Below, in pieces: positions 19,176-30,269 of a stretch of DNA of 57,679 nucleotides (positions within the stretch are counted from its first letter, which is position 1; every line of letters begins with the position of its first letter). The DNA is taken from the NCBI GenBank assembly GCA_964539925.1, contig CAZILB010000004.1, positions 1 to 57,679 on the forward strand, read 5' to 3'. The notes under the pieces were generated by a model. The model was not told the DNA's origin. It made no database searches and saw only the letters and a program-made list of their open reading frames with translations. The stretch comes from an uncultured Syntrophobacter sp. GTDB taxonomy: Bacteria > Desulfobacterota > Binatia > UBA9968. Position numbers and translations under genes: made by a program.

Positions 19176-20342
19176 TTATAGAATAGAACCCGATCCGTTA
19201 ATGAGAGACGATGCCCTTTCTCTCGCCCAGCGATCAACTTCGAGAACCTCCCCGACCGCTTCGGCCCGTTTGTTGTTGTGGCGCTGCATCGTCTTGTCAA
19301 TTATACGATGTATTTTGCGAAATCCTATCCTGCCCTCTAAAAAAGCCGCCACGGCAATCTCGTTTGCGGCATTGAGCACCGCCGGCATGGTCGCGCCCGA
19401 ACGCAGGGCCCGGTAAGCCAGGGCCAGCGCGGGATAGCGCTTTTCTTCCACCGGTAGAAAATTAAGCTCGCCCTGCCGCGTGAGATCCAGAGGGCGCCAG
19501 CTTCCCTTAAGACGATGCGGAAAGGACAACGCATAGGCGATAGGAATGCGCATGTCGGGGATGCCAAGCTGGGCCATGATCGCGCCGTCCTGATAGCGCA
19601 CCATGGAATGGATCACGCTCTGCGGATGGATGACGACTTGGATTTTCTCGGGTGGAATATCGAATTCCCAGCGAGCCTCGATGACTTCGAGGCCCTTGTT
19701 CATCATCGTTGCGGAATCAATGGTAATCTTCTGTCCCATTTTCCAGTTCGGGTGTTTAAGCGCCTGTGCAACCGTAACCTTTTCGAGTTGCTTCAGAGGG
19801 GTGCGCAGGAACGGCCCTCCCGACGCCGTAAGGATAATCTGGTCCACATCGCTGCGCTGGTTGCCCTGCAAGCACTGAAAGATGGCGCTGTGTTCGCTGT
19901 CCACCGGCAGCAAGCGCACCCCCTTGGCTTTGGCCGCCGCAACGAAGATTTCGCCGGCCATCACGAGCGCTTCTTTGTTGGCGAGCGCGATCTCCTTTCC
20001 GGCGAGCAAGGCCTTTAACGTCGGCATCAGTCCCGCTCCGCCGACGATCGCCGCCAGCACGATGTCGATTTCCGGCGCGCTCGCCACAGCGGACGCGCCG
20101 GCTTCGCCGAAGAGGATCTCCACCTTGCCGTTGCCGATTAACTTCCGCAAACCCGGTACATCGCTTTCGTTTTTAATGGCCACGCACTTGGGCCGGAATT
20201 CTTGAATCTGGCGCGCCAGTAATTTCAAATTGCTCCCCGCAACCATGCCGTGAATTTTGAAGCGGTCGGGGAACTCCCGCACCAGGGCGAGTGTGCTCAC
20301 GCCAATGGAACCCGTGGAACCGAGCAGTGCCATCGTCCTCAT
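19176..20342 (-). CDS. dxr: 1-deoxy-D-xylulose 5-phosphate reductoisomerase
   Basis: 388-aa ORF with LLGSTGSIGVSTL, LPVDSEHSAIFQC and HPNWKMG. Confidence 0.95.
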   Translation of the reverse strand: MRTMALLGSTGSIGVSTLALVREFPDRFKIHGMVAGSNLKLLARQIQEFRPKCVAIKNESDVPGLRKLIGNGKVEILFGEAGASAVASAPEIDIVLAAIVGGAGLMPTLKALLAGKEIALANKEALVMAGEIFVAAAKAKGVRLLPVDSEHSAIFQCLQGNQRSDVDQIILTASGGPFLRTPLKQLEKVTVAQALKHPNWKMGQKITIDSATMMNKGLEVIEARWEFDIPPEKIQVVIHPQSVIHSMVRYQDGAIMAQLGIPDMRIPIAYALSFPHRLKGSWRPLDLTRQGELNFLPVEEKRYPALALAYRALRSGATMPAVLNAANEIAVAAFLEGRIGFRKIHRIIDKTMQRHNNKRAEAVGEVLEVDRWARERASSLINGSGSIL

Positions 20343-21145
20343 GAACGAAAAAACCTTATGTAAAAGGTCGTAAATACCGCGGCGAAGATCAAACTGTCGA
20401 CCCGGTCGAGCACCCCCCCGTGGCCGGGCAGTATCGCACCGAAATCTTTAACCGAAAAGACTCGCTTGAGCCAAGATTCAAACAGGTCGCCCAACTGACC
20501 GAGAACGGTCATGATCACCGATAAAAGCAGAGCCTCCAGCCAATGAAAACGATCGAAAAGCCACCAGGCGCCGATCGTGCCCGCGACGCTCCCAAATCCC
20601 ACGTAACCCCATGCGCCGGCAACGGTTTTGCCCGGGCTGATTTGGGGCGCGAGCTTCTTGCCGCCCAAGTACCGGCCGACAAAGTAAGCCGCGGTATCCC
20701 CACTCATGATAATAATCAAGACCCACAAGACCCAGGCCCGTCCTTCGGCCTGTCGAAACAGCAAAACCCAACAGGGCAAGAGCATTCCGAGATAACATCC
20801 TCCCAGCAGCGTGCGCAGCAATCGTTGCAGCCGTTCCTCCAGATCGCCGTCCATAAACGGATAACCGGCGAAAACCGACATCAAAACCGCACTCAACGAC
20901 ACCGGCAAGCTCTGTGGATCGCCTGCCAGCATGACAACCGCCAAGGCCAGGCCGAAGATCAGACCGAAATACTGCTCTCGGTTGCGATTGGGAATAGCGA
21001 TGGAGAAATATTCATGCAGTGCGGCCGTAGTCACCAACAAGACGAGAAGCGCGAAAAGCCACTCCGGACCCCAACCGACCACGGCGACCAGCAGCGGGAG
21101 GCTGACCGCCGCCGTGACCGCTCGGGCTCTAAGATTGGCGTCCAC
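20339..21145 (-). CDS. cdsA: phosphatidate cytidylyltransferase
   Basis: 268-aa polytopic membrane ORF with signature SWLKRVFSVKDFGAILPGHGGVLDRVDS. Confidence 0.9.
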   Translation of the reverse strand: MDANLRARAVTAAVSLPLLVAVVGWGPEWLFALLVLLVTTAALHEYFSIAIPNRNREQYFGLIFGLALAVVMLAGDPQSLPVSLSAVLMSVFAGYPFMDGDLEERLQRLLRTLLGGCYLGMLLPCWVLLFRQAEGRAWVLWVLIIIMSGDTAAYFVGRYLGGKKLAPQISPGKTVAGAWGYVGFGSVAGTIGAWWLFDRFHWLEALLLSVIMTVLGQLGDLFESWLKRVFSVKDFGAILPGHGGVLDRVDSLIFAAVFTTFYIRFFRS

Positions 21146-21908
21146 CCGCCTTCACCGCCAGCTCGCCCCGCTCCTCCACCTGCTCATCGGTGCGGCCAAA
21201 GCGCCGGCGCCGGCGCTGATATTCGAGCAATGCCTGGAGAAATTCTTTTTCGCGGAAATCCGGCCACAACGTCGGTGTGACATACAACTCGCTGTAGGCT
21301 ATCTGCCAAAGGTAGAAGTTGCTCACGCGCACCTCGCCGCTGGTGCGAATCAAGAGATCGGGATCCGGCACGGAGGGGTTGTCCAGGTTGGCCGCGACCA
21401 GCGCTTCATCGATTGCCTCGGGCTGGCACCGGCCATCGAGCACCGAGCGCGCCACGCTCCGCGTCATTCTGACGATCTCATCCCGGCCGCTGTAGCTCAG
21501 GGCGAGAACGACCGTCATCCGGTTGTTATCGCGGGTCCGTTCAATGACGTTCTCCAGCACCTCGCGGACATTGACCGGCAGCCGCAAGCGATCCCCGACA
21601 GCCAACAATCGGATGCCATAGCGCATCATCTTCGGCTGTTCCGCCACCAGATAATGCTCCAGCAAGCCCATGAGAGCCTTGACTTCCTCATCGGGCCGCA
21701 ACCAATTTTCGGTAGAAAACGCGTAAAGCGACAAGTAGCGGATGCCGACCTTGCGGCTCATCTCGACGATCACGCGCACCGAAGTCTTGCCGCGTCGGTG
21801 CCCTTCAATCCTGCTTTTGCCGCGCAACTTGGCCCAGCGGCCGTTACCGTCCATGATGATGGCCACATGTCGGGGCAGCCGGCTTTTGTCGAGTCCGTCT
21901 AACTCCAT
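21129..21908 (-). CDS. uppS: di-trans,poly-cis-undecaprenyl-diphosphate synthase
   Basis: ORF 21129..22073 with HVAIIMDGNGRWA and YAFSTENW. Start set at the internal ATG 21908 (MELDGLDKSRLPRHVAIIMDG). The longer ORF overlaps frr. The start is not certain. Confidence 0.9.
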   Translation of the reverse strand: MELDGLDKSRLPRHVAIIMDGNGRWAKLRGKSRIEGHRRGKTSVRVIVEMSRKVGIRYLSLYAFSTENWLRPDEEVKALMGLLEHYLVAEQPKMMRYGIRLLAVGDRLRLPVNVREVLENVIERTRDNNRMTVVLALSYSGRDEIVRMTRSVARSVLDGRCQPEAIDEALVAANLDNPSVPDPDLLIRTSGEVRVSNFYLWQIAYSELYVTPTLWPDFREKEFLQALLEYQRRRRRFGRTDEQVEERGELAVKAGGRQS

Positions 21909-22008
21909 CGCGGCCTGAGCTGGATGCGATCCATAGGGGGGCACTGTAGACGATCGTGGGAAGACACAGGTGGCGTTCATGATCTCGAGGGAGCGCCACC
22001 ACGGGAAT

Positions 22009-22566
22009 CTAAACCTCCATAACCTCTTCCTCTTTGGACTTGACGATCTTGTCGACGCGGCCGATAAAATCATCGGTCACCTTTTGCACCCGGTCCTGGC
22101 CGTGCTTGAAGTCGTCCGCGGTGATTTCCTTTTTCTTTTCTGCGTCCTTAAGATGCTCGATGGCGACCCGGCGGTGATTGCGGAGGGAGACGCGGAACTC
22201 TTCGGCGACTCTCCTGACGTGCTTGACCAGTTCCTTGCGCCGCTCTTCGGTGAGCGCCGGGATCGGAATGCGAATAATCTTGCCGTCGTTGTTCGGCGTC
22301 AAGCCGAGATCCGACTTGAGAATGGCTTTTTCAATCTCTCCCATGGCGCTTCGATCGAAGGGCTGGATAACCAACAGCCGCGGCTCGGGCGCGCTGAGCG
22401 TCGCCAGTTGATTGAGCGGCGTGGTCGCGCCGTAATATTCCACCATCACGTGTTCTAACAGCGCCGTCGATGCCCGCCCGGTGCGCAGCTTGGTCAACTC
22501 CTTGCGCAGCGCGCTGACCGAACCTTCCATCTCTTTTTGCAGCTGAGTGAAAACCGCTTCGTTCAT
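22009..22566 (-). CDS. frr: ribosome recycling factor
   Basis: 185-aa ORF with a typical Frr sequence (...[18 protein letters not shown]...). Confidence 0.95.
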   Translation of the reverse strand: MNEAVFTQLQKEMEGSVSALRKELTKLRTGRASTALLEHVMVEYYGATTPLNQLATLSAPEPRLLVIQPFDRSAMGEIEKAILKSDLGLTPNNDGKIIRIPIPALTEERRKELVKHVRRVAEEFRVSLRNHRRVAIEHLKDAEKKKEITADDFKHGQDRVQKVTDDFIGRVDKIVKSKEEEVMEV

Positions 22567-23306
22567 CGCTTTCCTCCGCTGACCAGCGTACCGATCGCTT
22601 CTCCGGACACCACCCGCTTGATATTTCCCTTCTCCATCAGATTGAACACTATGATCGGCAGATTGTTATCCATGCACAAGGAAATCGCCGTCGAGTCCAT
22701 CACTTTAAGCTCGCGGTTTAAGACTTCAATATAGCTCAGGGCCGCGAATTTTTTGGCATCGTGATGCATGACCGGGTCGGCGTCATAGACACCGTCGACT
22801 TTGGTGGCTTTCAATATGACTTCCGCACCGACTTCCATCGCCCTCAGACTCGCTGTCGTATCCGTGGTGAAATACGGATTGCCCGTCCCTCCGGCGAAAA
22901 TCACCACCCGACCCTTCTCCAGGTGGCGCGTCGCGCGGCGGCGAATGTAGGGCTCGGCGACCTGCCGCATTTCAATGGCCGAGAGCACACGGGTCGAGAC
23001 GCCGAATTTTTCCAGAGCGTCTTGCAAGGCAAGACTGTTGATCACCGTAGCCAGCATACCCATGGTATCCGCGCTGGCGCGATCCATGCCGATCTCGCTG
23101 GCGATGGCGCCGCGAAAAATATTGCCGCCGCCGACCACCATGGCGAGCTCGCAACCCATTTCCTTCACTTCTTTGATTTCCTGGGCGAAGGCTTTGACGG
23201 TATTGCCATCAATACCAAAATTCTGCGCTCCGGCAAAAACCTCGCCGGTCACCTTCAGAATAATGCGTTTGTACTTGAGAGCCCCGTTCGAGTTCATGGA
23301 GGTCAA
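22563..23306 (-). CDS. pyrH: UMP kinase
   Basis: 247-aa ORF with RIILKVTGE and [10 protein letters not shown]. Confidence 0.95.
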   Translation of the reverse strand: MTSMNSNGALKYKRIILKVTGEVFAGAQNFGIDGNTVKAFAQEIKEVKEMGCELAMVVGGGNIFRGAIASEIGMDRASADTMGMLATVINSLALQDALEKFGVSTRVLSAIEMRQVAEPYIRRRATRHLEKGRVVIFAGGTGNPYFTTDTTASLRAMEVGAEVILKATKVDGVYDADPVMHHDAKKFAALSYIEVLNRELKVMDSTAISLCMDNNLPIIVFNLMEKGNIKRVVSGEAIGTLVSGGKR

Positions 23307-23314
23307 GCGAGCGC

Positions 23315-23923
23315 TTATTCTTTCGCCGCTCCTTCGCCCAGATGATAGCGGGCGAAACGGCGCACCTGGATATTTTCACCCAGCCGTGCGACCGCATCAT
23401 TCATGACATCGCTGACATTTTTGTCCGGGTCTTTGATAAACGACTGCTCCATAAGGCAAATTTCAGAGTAATACCGCTCCATTTTCCCGTCAACGATCTT
23501 GTCGACGACGTTCGCGGGCTTGCGGGTTTCCAAGGCCTGCTGGCGGTAAATGGATTTTTCTCGTTCCAATTCACCCGCAGGGACATCCTCGCGCCTCACA
23601 TAGCGCGGATTCGCCGCCGCCACCTGCATGGCGATATCTTTAAGCAGACTTTGAAACTCCGCGGTGCGCGCGACGAAATCGGTCTCGCAGTTGATTTCCA
23701 CGAGCACGCCGATTTTTCCGCCCGGATGAACGTACGCCGCCACGGCACCGTCGGCCGCCATGCGCCCCGCTTTTTTGGCCGCAGACGCCAGCCCCTTCTG
23801 ACGCAGGTAGTCGACCGCCTTATCGAGGTCTCCGCCGGTCTCCCCGAGGGCTTTTTTACAGTCCATCATGCCGGCGCCGGTCTTCTCCCGGAGCTCCTTG
23901 ACAGCCGCCGCCGTAATTTCCAT
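23315..23923 (-). CDS. tsf: translation elongation factor Ts (short form)
   Basis: ORF 23315..23932 with [24 protein letters not shown]. Start set at ATG 23923; the track start at 23932 is TTG. Confidence 0.95.
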   Translation of the reverse strand: MEITAAAVKELREKTGAGMMDCKKALGETGGDLDKAVDYLRQKGLASAAKKAGRMAADGAVAAYVHPGGKIGVLVEINCETDFVARTAEFQSLLKDIAMQVAAANPRYVRREDVPAGELEREKSIYRQQALETRKPANVVDKIVDGKMERYYSEICLMEQSFIKDPDKNVSDVMNDAVARLGENIQVRRFARYHLGEGAAKE

Positions 23924-23928
23924 CAGAT

Positions 23929-24708
23929 TCAAACTCCTCCTGCCGCCGCTGATTCGACCGTGTCGCCCCCGCCTTCGGCGCTGGGACTTTCGTCCTCCTT
24001 CCCCTTGATCAGGGACTGCTCATAAATCGTTTTGCCCTCTAACACCGCATCCGCCATAGCTGAGCAGAACAGGCGAATGGCGCGGATCGCATCGTCATTA
24101 CCGGGGACCTTGTAGTCGACCATGTCCGGGTCGCAATTGCTGTCGATCACCGCCACCACGGGGATACCCAGTTTCCGTGCTTCCTTCACCGCAATCTCTT
24201 CTTGCTTGGGGTCGATCACAAAAATCGCATCCGGCAGTTTTCGCATCCCCTTGATGCCGCCGAGGGATTGTTCGAGCTTGTCCTTTTCGCGCTTGAGTCC
24301 GAGCATTTCCTTCTTGGTCAAAGCGTCGATAATTTTTGGGTCGTTTTCCATCTCTTCCAGTTTACGCAATCGCTCGATGCTCTGACGAATGGTAGTAAAA
24401 TTGGTCAAGGTGCCGCCGAGCCATCGATTATGTACATGAAACATGCCGCAACGGGCCGCCTCCTCCCGGATCGCGTCCTGAGCCTGCTTTTTGGTGCCGA
24501 CAAAAAGAAGGTTCCCGCCGGAAGCGGCCAAATCGCGCACCACAGCTTCGACCTCCTTAAACATGGTCACGGTTTGCTGCAGATCGATGATGTGAATGCC
24601 GTTGCGGGCGCCGAAAATGTAAGGTTTCATCTTCGGGTTCCACCGGCTGGTTTGGTGTCCAAAATGCACCCCGGCTTCCAGCAGTTGTTTCATGGAAATT
24701 TCGCTCAT
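23929..24708 (-). CDS. rpsB: 30S ribosomal protein S2
   Basis: 259-aa ORF with [30 protein letters not shown]. Confidence 0.95.
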   Translation of the reverse strand: MSEISMKQLLEAGVHFGHQTSRWNPKMKPYIFGARNGIHIIDLQQTVTMFKEVEAVVRDLAASGGNLLFVGTKKQAQDAIREEAARCGMFHVHNRWLGGTLTNFTTIRQSIERLRKLEEMENDPKIIDALTKKEMLGLKREKDKLEQSLGGIKGMRKLPDAIFVIDPKQEEIAVKEARKLGIPVVAVIDSNCDPDMVDYKVPGNDDAIRAIRLFCSAMADAVLEGKTIYEQSLIKGKEDESPSAEGGGDTVESAAAGGV

Positions 24709-24943
24709 CCTTCACTCCTTTGGTTTTTTATCCTCCCCTTTCTTCATCTTCTCACCGGACCTCAGAGGCACCTCGATGGGAATCCAAAAGGGTGTGAATT
24801 TATCTTAGTGGAACGCGCCGTCGCGGCCTGAGCCTAGCCAAGAATTGCGGGCGGTCCGCGCGAAAGCCGCTATCGCGTTGATAACTGTGCGTTTCTAACA
24901 GAGTTCCCCGGCTGACGCAAGATTCAGAGGGAAACAGGGGAGA

Positions 24944-26245
24944 CTACTGGTTCATGGACTCGAGAAACTCTTTGTTGGTCTTGGTCCCGTGCATTTTGTC
25001 GAGCAGAAACTCCATGGACTCGACCGCGTTCAACTGCGACAATACCTTGCGCAGGATCCAGATGCGATTGAGATCCTCTCTCGGGATCAGCAGCTCTTCT
25101 TTGCGCGTGCCGGATTTGTTGATATCGATGGCCGGGAACACGCGTTTATCCATAAGGCGGCGGTCGAGATGGACTTCCATATTGCCCGTGCCTTTGAATT
25201 CTTCGAAGATCACCTCGTCCATGCGGCTGCCGGTATCGATCAGGGCGGTGGCGATAATCGTCAGGCTGCCGCCGTCTTCGATGTTGCGCGCCGCGCCAAA
25301 AAACTTCTTGGGTTTGTGCAGGGCGTTGGAATCCACACCGCCGGATAGAATCTTGCCGCTTGGCGGCACCACGGTGTTGTAGGCGCGCGCCAGGCGCGTG
25401 ATGCTGTCGAGCAAGATCACGACGTCTTTGCCGTGCTCGACCAATCGCTTGGCCTTTTCAATGACCATTTCGGCGACCTGCACATGGCGCGTCGCCGGCT
25501 CGTCAAAGGTCGAGCTAATCACCTCGCCCTCCACCGAGCGCTGCATGTCGGTGACTTCTTCCGGCCGCTCGTCGATCAGTAACACGATCAAAATGACTTC
25601 TTTGTGGTTGTGGGCGATGGCCTTGGCGATGTTCTGGAGCATCATTGTCTTGCCGGTGCGCGGCGCAGCGACGATGAGGCCGCGTTGGCCTTTGCCAATG
25701 GGTGTCAGCAAATCGACGATACGCGTCGTGTAATCGTCAGGGTGAGCCTCAAGGCGCAAGCGCTCGTTCGGATAAAGGGGTGTCAGGTTATCGAAGAGGA
25801 TCTTCTCGCGGGCTCTTTCGGGATCCTCGTAGTTTATGGTTTCGACCTTGAGCAAAGCGAAATAACGCTCCCCCTCCTTGGGCGGCCGGATATGACCGGA
25901 GATGATATCGCCGGTGCGCAAGTTGAAACGGCGTATTTGACTGGGAGAAACATAGATATCATCGGGGCCGGGCAGGTAGTTATAGTCGGGCGCCCTGAGA
26001 AAGCCAAATCCGTCCGGCAAGGTTTCTAAAACTCCCTCGCCGTAAATGTGGCCGTTTTGTTCGGTTTGCGCCTGCAGGATCGCGAAAATCAATTCCTGCT
26101 TGCGCATATTGGCGGCGCCCTCGATATTGAAGTTCTTGCCGATCAACGCCAAATCGCTGATTTTTTTCTCCTTCAGTTCCTTCAGATTCAAACCGTTATC
26201 GTCCACGGCCTCCGGTTCGGCAGCGCGGGTTCTACCTCGAACCAT
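24944..26245 (-). CDS. rho: transcription termination factor Rho
   Basis: 433-aa ORF with an N-terminal RNA-binding domain (GFGFLR), P-loop AAPRTGKT and the RecA-type ATPase core. Confidence 0.95.
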   Translation of the reverse strand: MVRGRTRAAEPEAVDDNGLNLKELKEKKISDLALIGKNFNIEGAANMRKQELIFAILQAQTEQNGHIYGEGVLETLPDGFGFLRAPDYNYLPGPDDIYVSPSQIRRFNLRTGDIISGHIRPPKEGERYFALLKVETINYEDPERAREKILFDNLTPLYPNERLRLEAHPDDYTTRIVDLLTPIGKGQRGLIVAAPRTGKTMMLQNIAKAIAHNHKEVILIVLLIDERPEEVTDMQRSVEGEVISSTFDEPATRHVQVAEMVIEKAKRLVEHGKDVVILLDSITRLARAYNTVVPPSGKILSGGVDSNALHKPKKFFGAARNIEDGGSLTIIATALIDTGSRMDEVIFEEFKGTGNMEVHLDRRLMDKRVFPAIDINKSGTRKEELLIPREDLNRIWILRKVLSQLNAVESMEFLLDKMHGTKTNKEFLESMNQ

Positions 26246-26560
26246 ACACTCTCACTCTCCTTTCATTCTTCTCAGGGAACGATCCCGACCGGCAGGAAAA
26301 TTTCGCTCCGGCGGGATTTTTGCAATCAAGTACGTTGATGCCGTCAAACTAGTGCCGCACTTTTAATGGCAGCCGGGTCATGGCAATGCTGAATACACGA
26401 TACGGGACGGGCATGTCCGTGCGACAGGCTTCTGGGTAAAGTCGGTAATATCACTCTTGAAAAACACTTCAACTTATGAACGCGTAACGTTGAGCGATTA
26501 AGCAATGAATGCGGGGATTGACTCAAAAGAATTCGGTGACTTGACTCACTCTTGGAAGCC

Positions 26561-26589
26561 ATCTTATTTTAAAGCCTTTTTCTTGTCAA
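26561..26589 (-). promoter_or_regulatory. putative sigma70 promoter of rho (implies a leader of about 300 nt)
   Basis: Minus strand reads TTGACA (26589..26584, overlapping the rluD TGA stop), a 17-nt spacer, then TAAGAT (26566..26561). The 340-nt rluD-rho spacer is AT-richer than its surroundings. Confidence 0.5.
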
Positions 26590-27635
26590 CCCCGTACCCG
26601 CATTCTTTTTGTCGAAGCGGCGCTCTGGCTTTGCTCGTGGACGTGGATCAATAAATTTTTCAGATCCGCCGGTAGCGGCGCAATAAACTCCACTTTCCTG
26701 CGGTCGCGAATGAGCTCGACGGTCAATTTTTCCGCATGCAAGGCTTGACGCGAAAACCCGCTCACGACCGTGTCTGCATCGGCTTTCCCGGCCCCTCGCT
26801 TGTGGCCGTAGAGAGAGTCGCCGACCAACGGATGGCCCAGGTCCGCAAGATGCACACGCAGTTGGTGGGTTCGGCCGGTGCGTGGTATGAGCCTGAGCAG
26901 GGTCAAGCAGCAGAGAGAATGGCCTGGGCCCTGCAGGGCGTATCTTTGCTCGACCCCCCATTCGGTTATGGCTTCCCGCTTCCTGTCCACGGGGCGCGTG
27001 CTCGACATGCGTTTGCGATCCGACCGATGACGCCCGATGGGCCGATCGATGATTCCCTTGTCGGCGGCGATCCTGCCATAAACCAGGGCGAGGTACTCTT
27101 TACGTACCGAGCGCGCTTTGAACTGGCCGGCGAGATGCTGAAATGCGACCGCGTGTTTGGCGACAATCATGACCCCCGAAGTATCTCGATCCAGACGATG
27201 TACGATACCGGGGCGGCGTTCGCCGCCCACGCTCATCAGATCCGGGCAATGATGCAGGAGCGCGTTGACCAACGTCCCCGACGATCTTCCCGCTGCCGGG
27301 TGAACGACGACGCCGGCCGCCTTGTTGATCACGAGGCAATCGGCGTCTTGATAAAGGATCTCCAGCGGCAGAGCCTCGGGGCGCAGCTCCGACTCCCGCG
27401 GCGGCAGAATGCGAATATCGACCTTGTCGTGAGCTTTTAGCCGCGCGCTCGACTTGGTCATGGCGCCGTTGAGTGTGATTTCGCCCGCCCCAATCAGGCG
27501 CTGTATTTCCGACCGTGTCGGTTTCGGCTCCGCCAAGTCCCCGCGGCGAGCGTGGCGCGCGAGAAATAGGTCGAGCCTCAATCCGGCCGACGAGGCATCG
27601 ATGTGGAGCTGACGGGAAGTCATTCCGTGCGACAA
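26586..27635 (-). CDS. rluD: RluA-family 23S rRNA pseudouridine synthase (RluD-like)
   Basis: 349-aa ORF with an N-terminal S4 domain, catalytic motif GIVHRLDRDTSG and HQLRVH. Confidence 0.9.
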   Translation of the reverse strand: MSHGMTSRQLHIDASSAGLRLDLFLARHARRGDLAEPKPTRSEIQRLIGAGEITLNGAMTKSSARLKAHDKVDIRILPPRESELRPEALPLEILYQDADCLVINKAAGVVVHPAAGRSSGTLVNALLHHCPDLMSVGGERRPGIVHRLDRDTSGVMIVAKHAVAFQHLAGQFKARSVRKEYLALVYGRIAADKGIIDRPIGRHRSDRKRMSSTRPVDRKREAITEWGVEQRYALQGPGHSLCCLTLLRLIPRTGRTHQLRVHLADLGHPLVGDSLYGHKRGAGKADADTVVSGFSRQALHAEKLTVELIRDRRKVEFIAPLPADLKNLLIHVHEQSQSAASTKRMRVRG

Positions 27636-28585
27636 CCGGGCGACGTGGAGTTGACGATTTGAAGATTCTCGAAAACCCGTTGGGCGTCCGCCACATCCTG
27701 TCGAATTTGTGAGGTCAAATCCCCAACCGAAGCAAACTTCTTTTCCTCGCGTAGCCGCTTGACAAAGGCGAGCTTGATCACCGCTCCGTAAATCTCATTG
27801 TGAAAATCTAAAATAAAGCTTTCCACCGTCCTCGGGCCGGCGCCGAAGGTGGGATTGAGACCGATGCTGCTCACGCTCAAGTGTTGTTTTCCGCCCACGG
27901 AAAATAAAGTCGCGTAAATGCCGTCGGCGGGCAAGACTTCGGCACGGCTTGAAATATTCGCCGTGGGATAACCGATCTCCCGACCGCGCCGATGGCCCCT
28001 GATCACTCGTCCGGAGATAAAATAATACCGTCCCAGAAGGGGTCGGACTTCCGCCATCCGGCCCGCCGACACAAGCTCGCGGATAAGCGAACTGCTCACA
28101 CGAACTCCCTCGACAAGGATCGGCTCCACGACGGCAACGTCAAAACCCAGCTCTATCCCCCACCGTGTCAGATCTCCGGCCGAACCTTTGCGACCCTGGC
28201 CGAATCGCAGGTCCTTGCCGGCCCAAATCTTGACTGCATGAAAGCGCCCGAGGAGAACGTCGCGCACGAAACTTTCGGCTTCCATTTGCGCGAACTCCCG
28301 ATCAAAAGTTTGGATAACCACAACATCCACGCCCAGCGCACGCAGCAACTCCATCTTGTCCTTGTGAGCGAGCAGAGTCTTGGGCGCTCTCTCGGGAGCG
28401 AGGATTTTGAGAGGATGGGGTTCAAATGTGAGCACCACCGAAGCAATTTGCAATCGTTTGGCGTCAGCCACCGCCCCGCGAATAAGCGTCTGATGACCGA
28501 GGTGGATTCCGTCAAAGTTTCCCAGTGTCACCACGGATCTGCCGAGCGGCAGAGCGGGGTTGTCAGCGTGACGGATGATCTGCAT
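27620..28585 (-). CDS. ribF: bifunctional riboflavin kinase / FMN adenylyltransferase
   Basis: 321-aa ORF with LGNFDGIHLGHQ and a C-terminal riboflavin kinase region (GYPTANI). Confidence 0.9.
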   Translation of the reverse strand: MQIIRHADNPALPLGRSVVTLGNFDGIHLGHQTLIRGAVADAKRLQIASVVLTFEPHPLKILAPERAPKTLLAHKDKMELLRALGVDVVVIQTFDREFAQMEAESFVRDVLLGRFHAVKIWAGKDLRFGQGRKGSAGDLTRWGIELGFDVAVVEPILVEGVRVSSSLIRELVSAGRMAEVRPLLGRYYFISGRVIRGHRRGREIGYPTANISSRAEVLPADGIYATLFSVGGKQHLSVSSIGLNPTFGAGPRTVESFILDFHNEIYGAVIKLAFVKRLREEKKFASVGDLTSQIRQDVADAQRVFENLQIVNSTSPGCRTE

Positions 28586-28691
28586 ACATTAACGTTTTGC
28601 GCTTCGACACCACCCCGTGCCGCAACGCCTTGACACCCGGCGCTCAGGCCAACGAATGAGCGAAAGCCATATGCACCCGGCTGACGATTTC

Positions 28692-29594
28692 TTAGGATTC
28701 CAGGGCTTTTAACTTCTCTTTGGCTCTGGGGGCCTCGGTGGATTGGGGAAATTTTTCGACCAGTTCCTGCAAGACCAACCTCGCATTGAGCTTCTCGCCT
28801 AATTCGGCAAAGGCGGCGCCTTGCCGAAACAGTGCCGCCGGCACCCGATCCGACTGCGGATAGCGACGCCTCACCTCATCGAATTCGACGATGGCTCGGT
28901 CGAATTCGCGCAGCGCGAAAAAACTCTCGCCGACCCAAAACTGCGCATTCGGTGCCAACCTGCTCTTCGGGTTCTTCTTAAGAAATTCCCTGAACCGGCC
29001 GATAGCGAACCGGTAATCGCTGCTCTCGAACCCGCGCCAGGCGGTTTGGTAGTCATTGCGGATCAGCTCCGATTCGCCCAGCGCGATTTCCGCAGCGCCT
29101 TGGGCGCCGAGTTGCTGCGCCGCTTGGACCGTCGCCCGGGAAGCCTGTGCAGTCTGCATCGATTCGCGCAGCTGCTTGAGCTCTTCCTCTCGGCTTCTGA
29201 TCAGCTCGGTCTGGGCCTTCGCGTCTTCTTCAAGCTTGGCCAAACGAGACTCCAGAGTCTTTACCCGCTGGTCCCCTTCACGGCTGGTTTGGCCGAGCTG
29301 TCTGCCAACCTGAACACGGGTCTCATCGATCCGCTCCTTGATGGCATTGAGCTCTGCTTGCATCTGCTGAATGTTGGCCCGCGCATCGGCAAGCGTCGCT
29401 CGCACCGAGTCCAAGTCCGCTCGCAAGGATTCTACGGTTCCCGGTACACCCGCCAGATCACCGCGCATTCGGCGCTGTTCCCGCTCGAGAAACTCGACTT
29501 GCTGCGGATTGACGCACGCGGACAGAGCCAAACTTACAACGAGCAATGGCCAAAGGGCAAAGTTTGATAAGGAATTTGACCTTGTCACTGGCAC
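28692..29594 (-). CDS. cpoB: Tol-Pal system protein CpoB/YbgF (coiled coil plus TPR), lipoprotein form
   Basis: 300-aa ORF with lipobox LALSAC, a long coiled coil and C-terminal TPR-like YbgF repeats (...FWVGESFFALREFDRAIVEF...). Follows pal. Confidence 0.8.
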   Translation of the reverse strand: MPVTRSNSLSNFALWPLLVVSLALSACVNPQQVEFLEREQRRMRGDLAGVPGTVESLRADLDSVRATLADARANIQQMQAELNAIKERIDETRVQVGRQLGQTSREGDQRVKTLESRLAKLEEDAKAQTELIRSREEELKQLRESMQTAQASRATVQAAQQLGAQGAAEIALGESELIRNDYQTAWRGFESSDYRFAIGRFREFLKKNPKSRLAPNAQFWVGESFFALREFDRAIVEFDEVRRRYPQSDRVPAALFRQGAAFAELGEKLNARLVLQELVEKFPQSTEAPRAKEKLKALES

Positions 29595-29603
29595 CCTCCT
29601 CGG

Positions 29604-30200
29604 CTAGGAAGCTGGTCGGCTCGGAAGTATAACGAATCGTGCGCGCCGGTTTTGCTGATAGCAGGATTCGGTCTTTTCCCGACAGACGGGAATTTCTTCG
29701 CCATAGCTGATGGTAGACAACCGGGCGGCCGCTATTCCCAGCGTCGTCAAGTAGTCGCGAACCGACTGCGCCCGTTTGGCGCCCAGTGCCAAATTATACT
29801 CGCTCGTTCCCCGCTCGTCGCAATGCCCCTCGATCTCGACGCGCGCGGCGGGGTTCGCCTTGAGCCAGTCTGCATTGGCGCGCAAAGTCGCTCTCGCATC
29901 GGCGCTCAAATCAGAACGATCAAAATCAAAGTAAATGTCCTTAAGCGGACTCGATGCCGGCGTCACCGGAGGCTTCCCCTGCTGCAATTGTTTGAGGCTC
30001 GAAGCACCTGTATCCGCCTCGCGCGCGGCGCCGCGCTGCCCTTCCCCCGCTTGCTGGCCGGTTCCCGGAGTCTTCCCCGGTTCAGTTCCGGCGGTTGCAG
30101 CCGCCCCGGGTGTCTTGGTAGCCGATGGAGCGCAGGCGGCAACTGCCAATACGAACATGGCAAAACAACTGTAGCACGCCATTTTAAAAGCTCTATTCAT
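29604..30200 (-). CDS. pal: peptidoglycan-associated lipoprotein
   Basis: ORF 29604..30218. Start set at ATG 30200 (AAGGAGG SD). Has lipobox LAVAAC and an OmpA-like domain (FDFDRSDL...EGHCDERGTSEYNLALGAKRA). Confidence 0.9.
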   Translation of the reverse strand: MNRAFKMACYSCFAMFVLAVAACAPSATKTPGAAATAGTEPGKTPGTGQQAGEGQRGAAREADTGASSLKQLQQGKPPVTPASSPLKDIYFDFDRSDLSADARATLRANADWLKANPAARVEIEGHCDERGTSEYNLALGAKRAQSVRDYLTTLGIAAARLSTISYGEEIPVCREKTESCYQQNRRARFVILPSRPAS

Positions 30201-30269
30201 CGCTTTCCTCCTTAGCACACTTGGGATAACCTTCCGAATGATGGACTTTAAAAATCGCGGACTTGAAAC

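Noticed and set aside
24709-24943. rpsB leader / S2 autoregulatory structure or terminator between rho and rpsB
   Set aside because: I could not identify a convincing promoter, a stem-loop with a U-tract, or the pseudoknot motif known from gammaproteobacterial rpsB leaders by eye. It is left unannotated.
26344-26562. 72-aa minus-strand ORF inside the rho leader
   Set aside because: It starts within the predicted -10 region and has no SD. Its composition is Ser/Leu/His-rich and unlike the neighbouring genes. It is more likely untranslated leader RNA.
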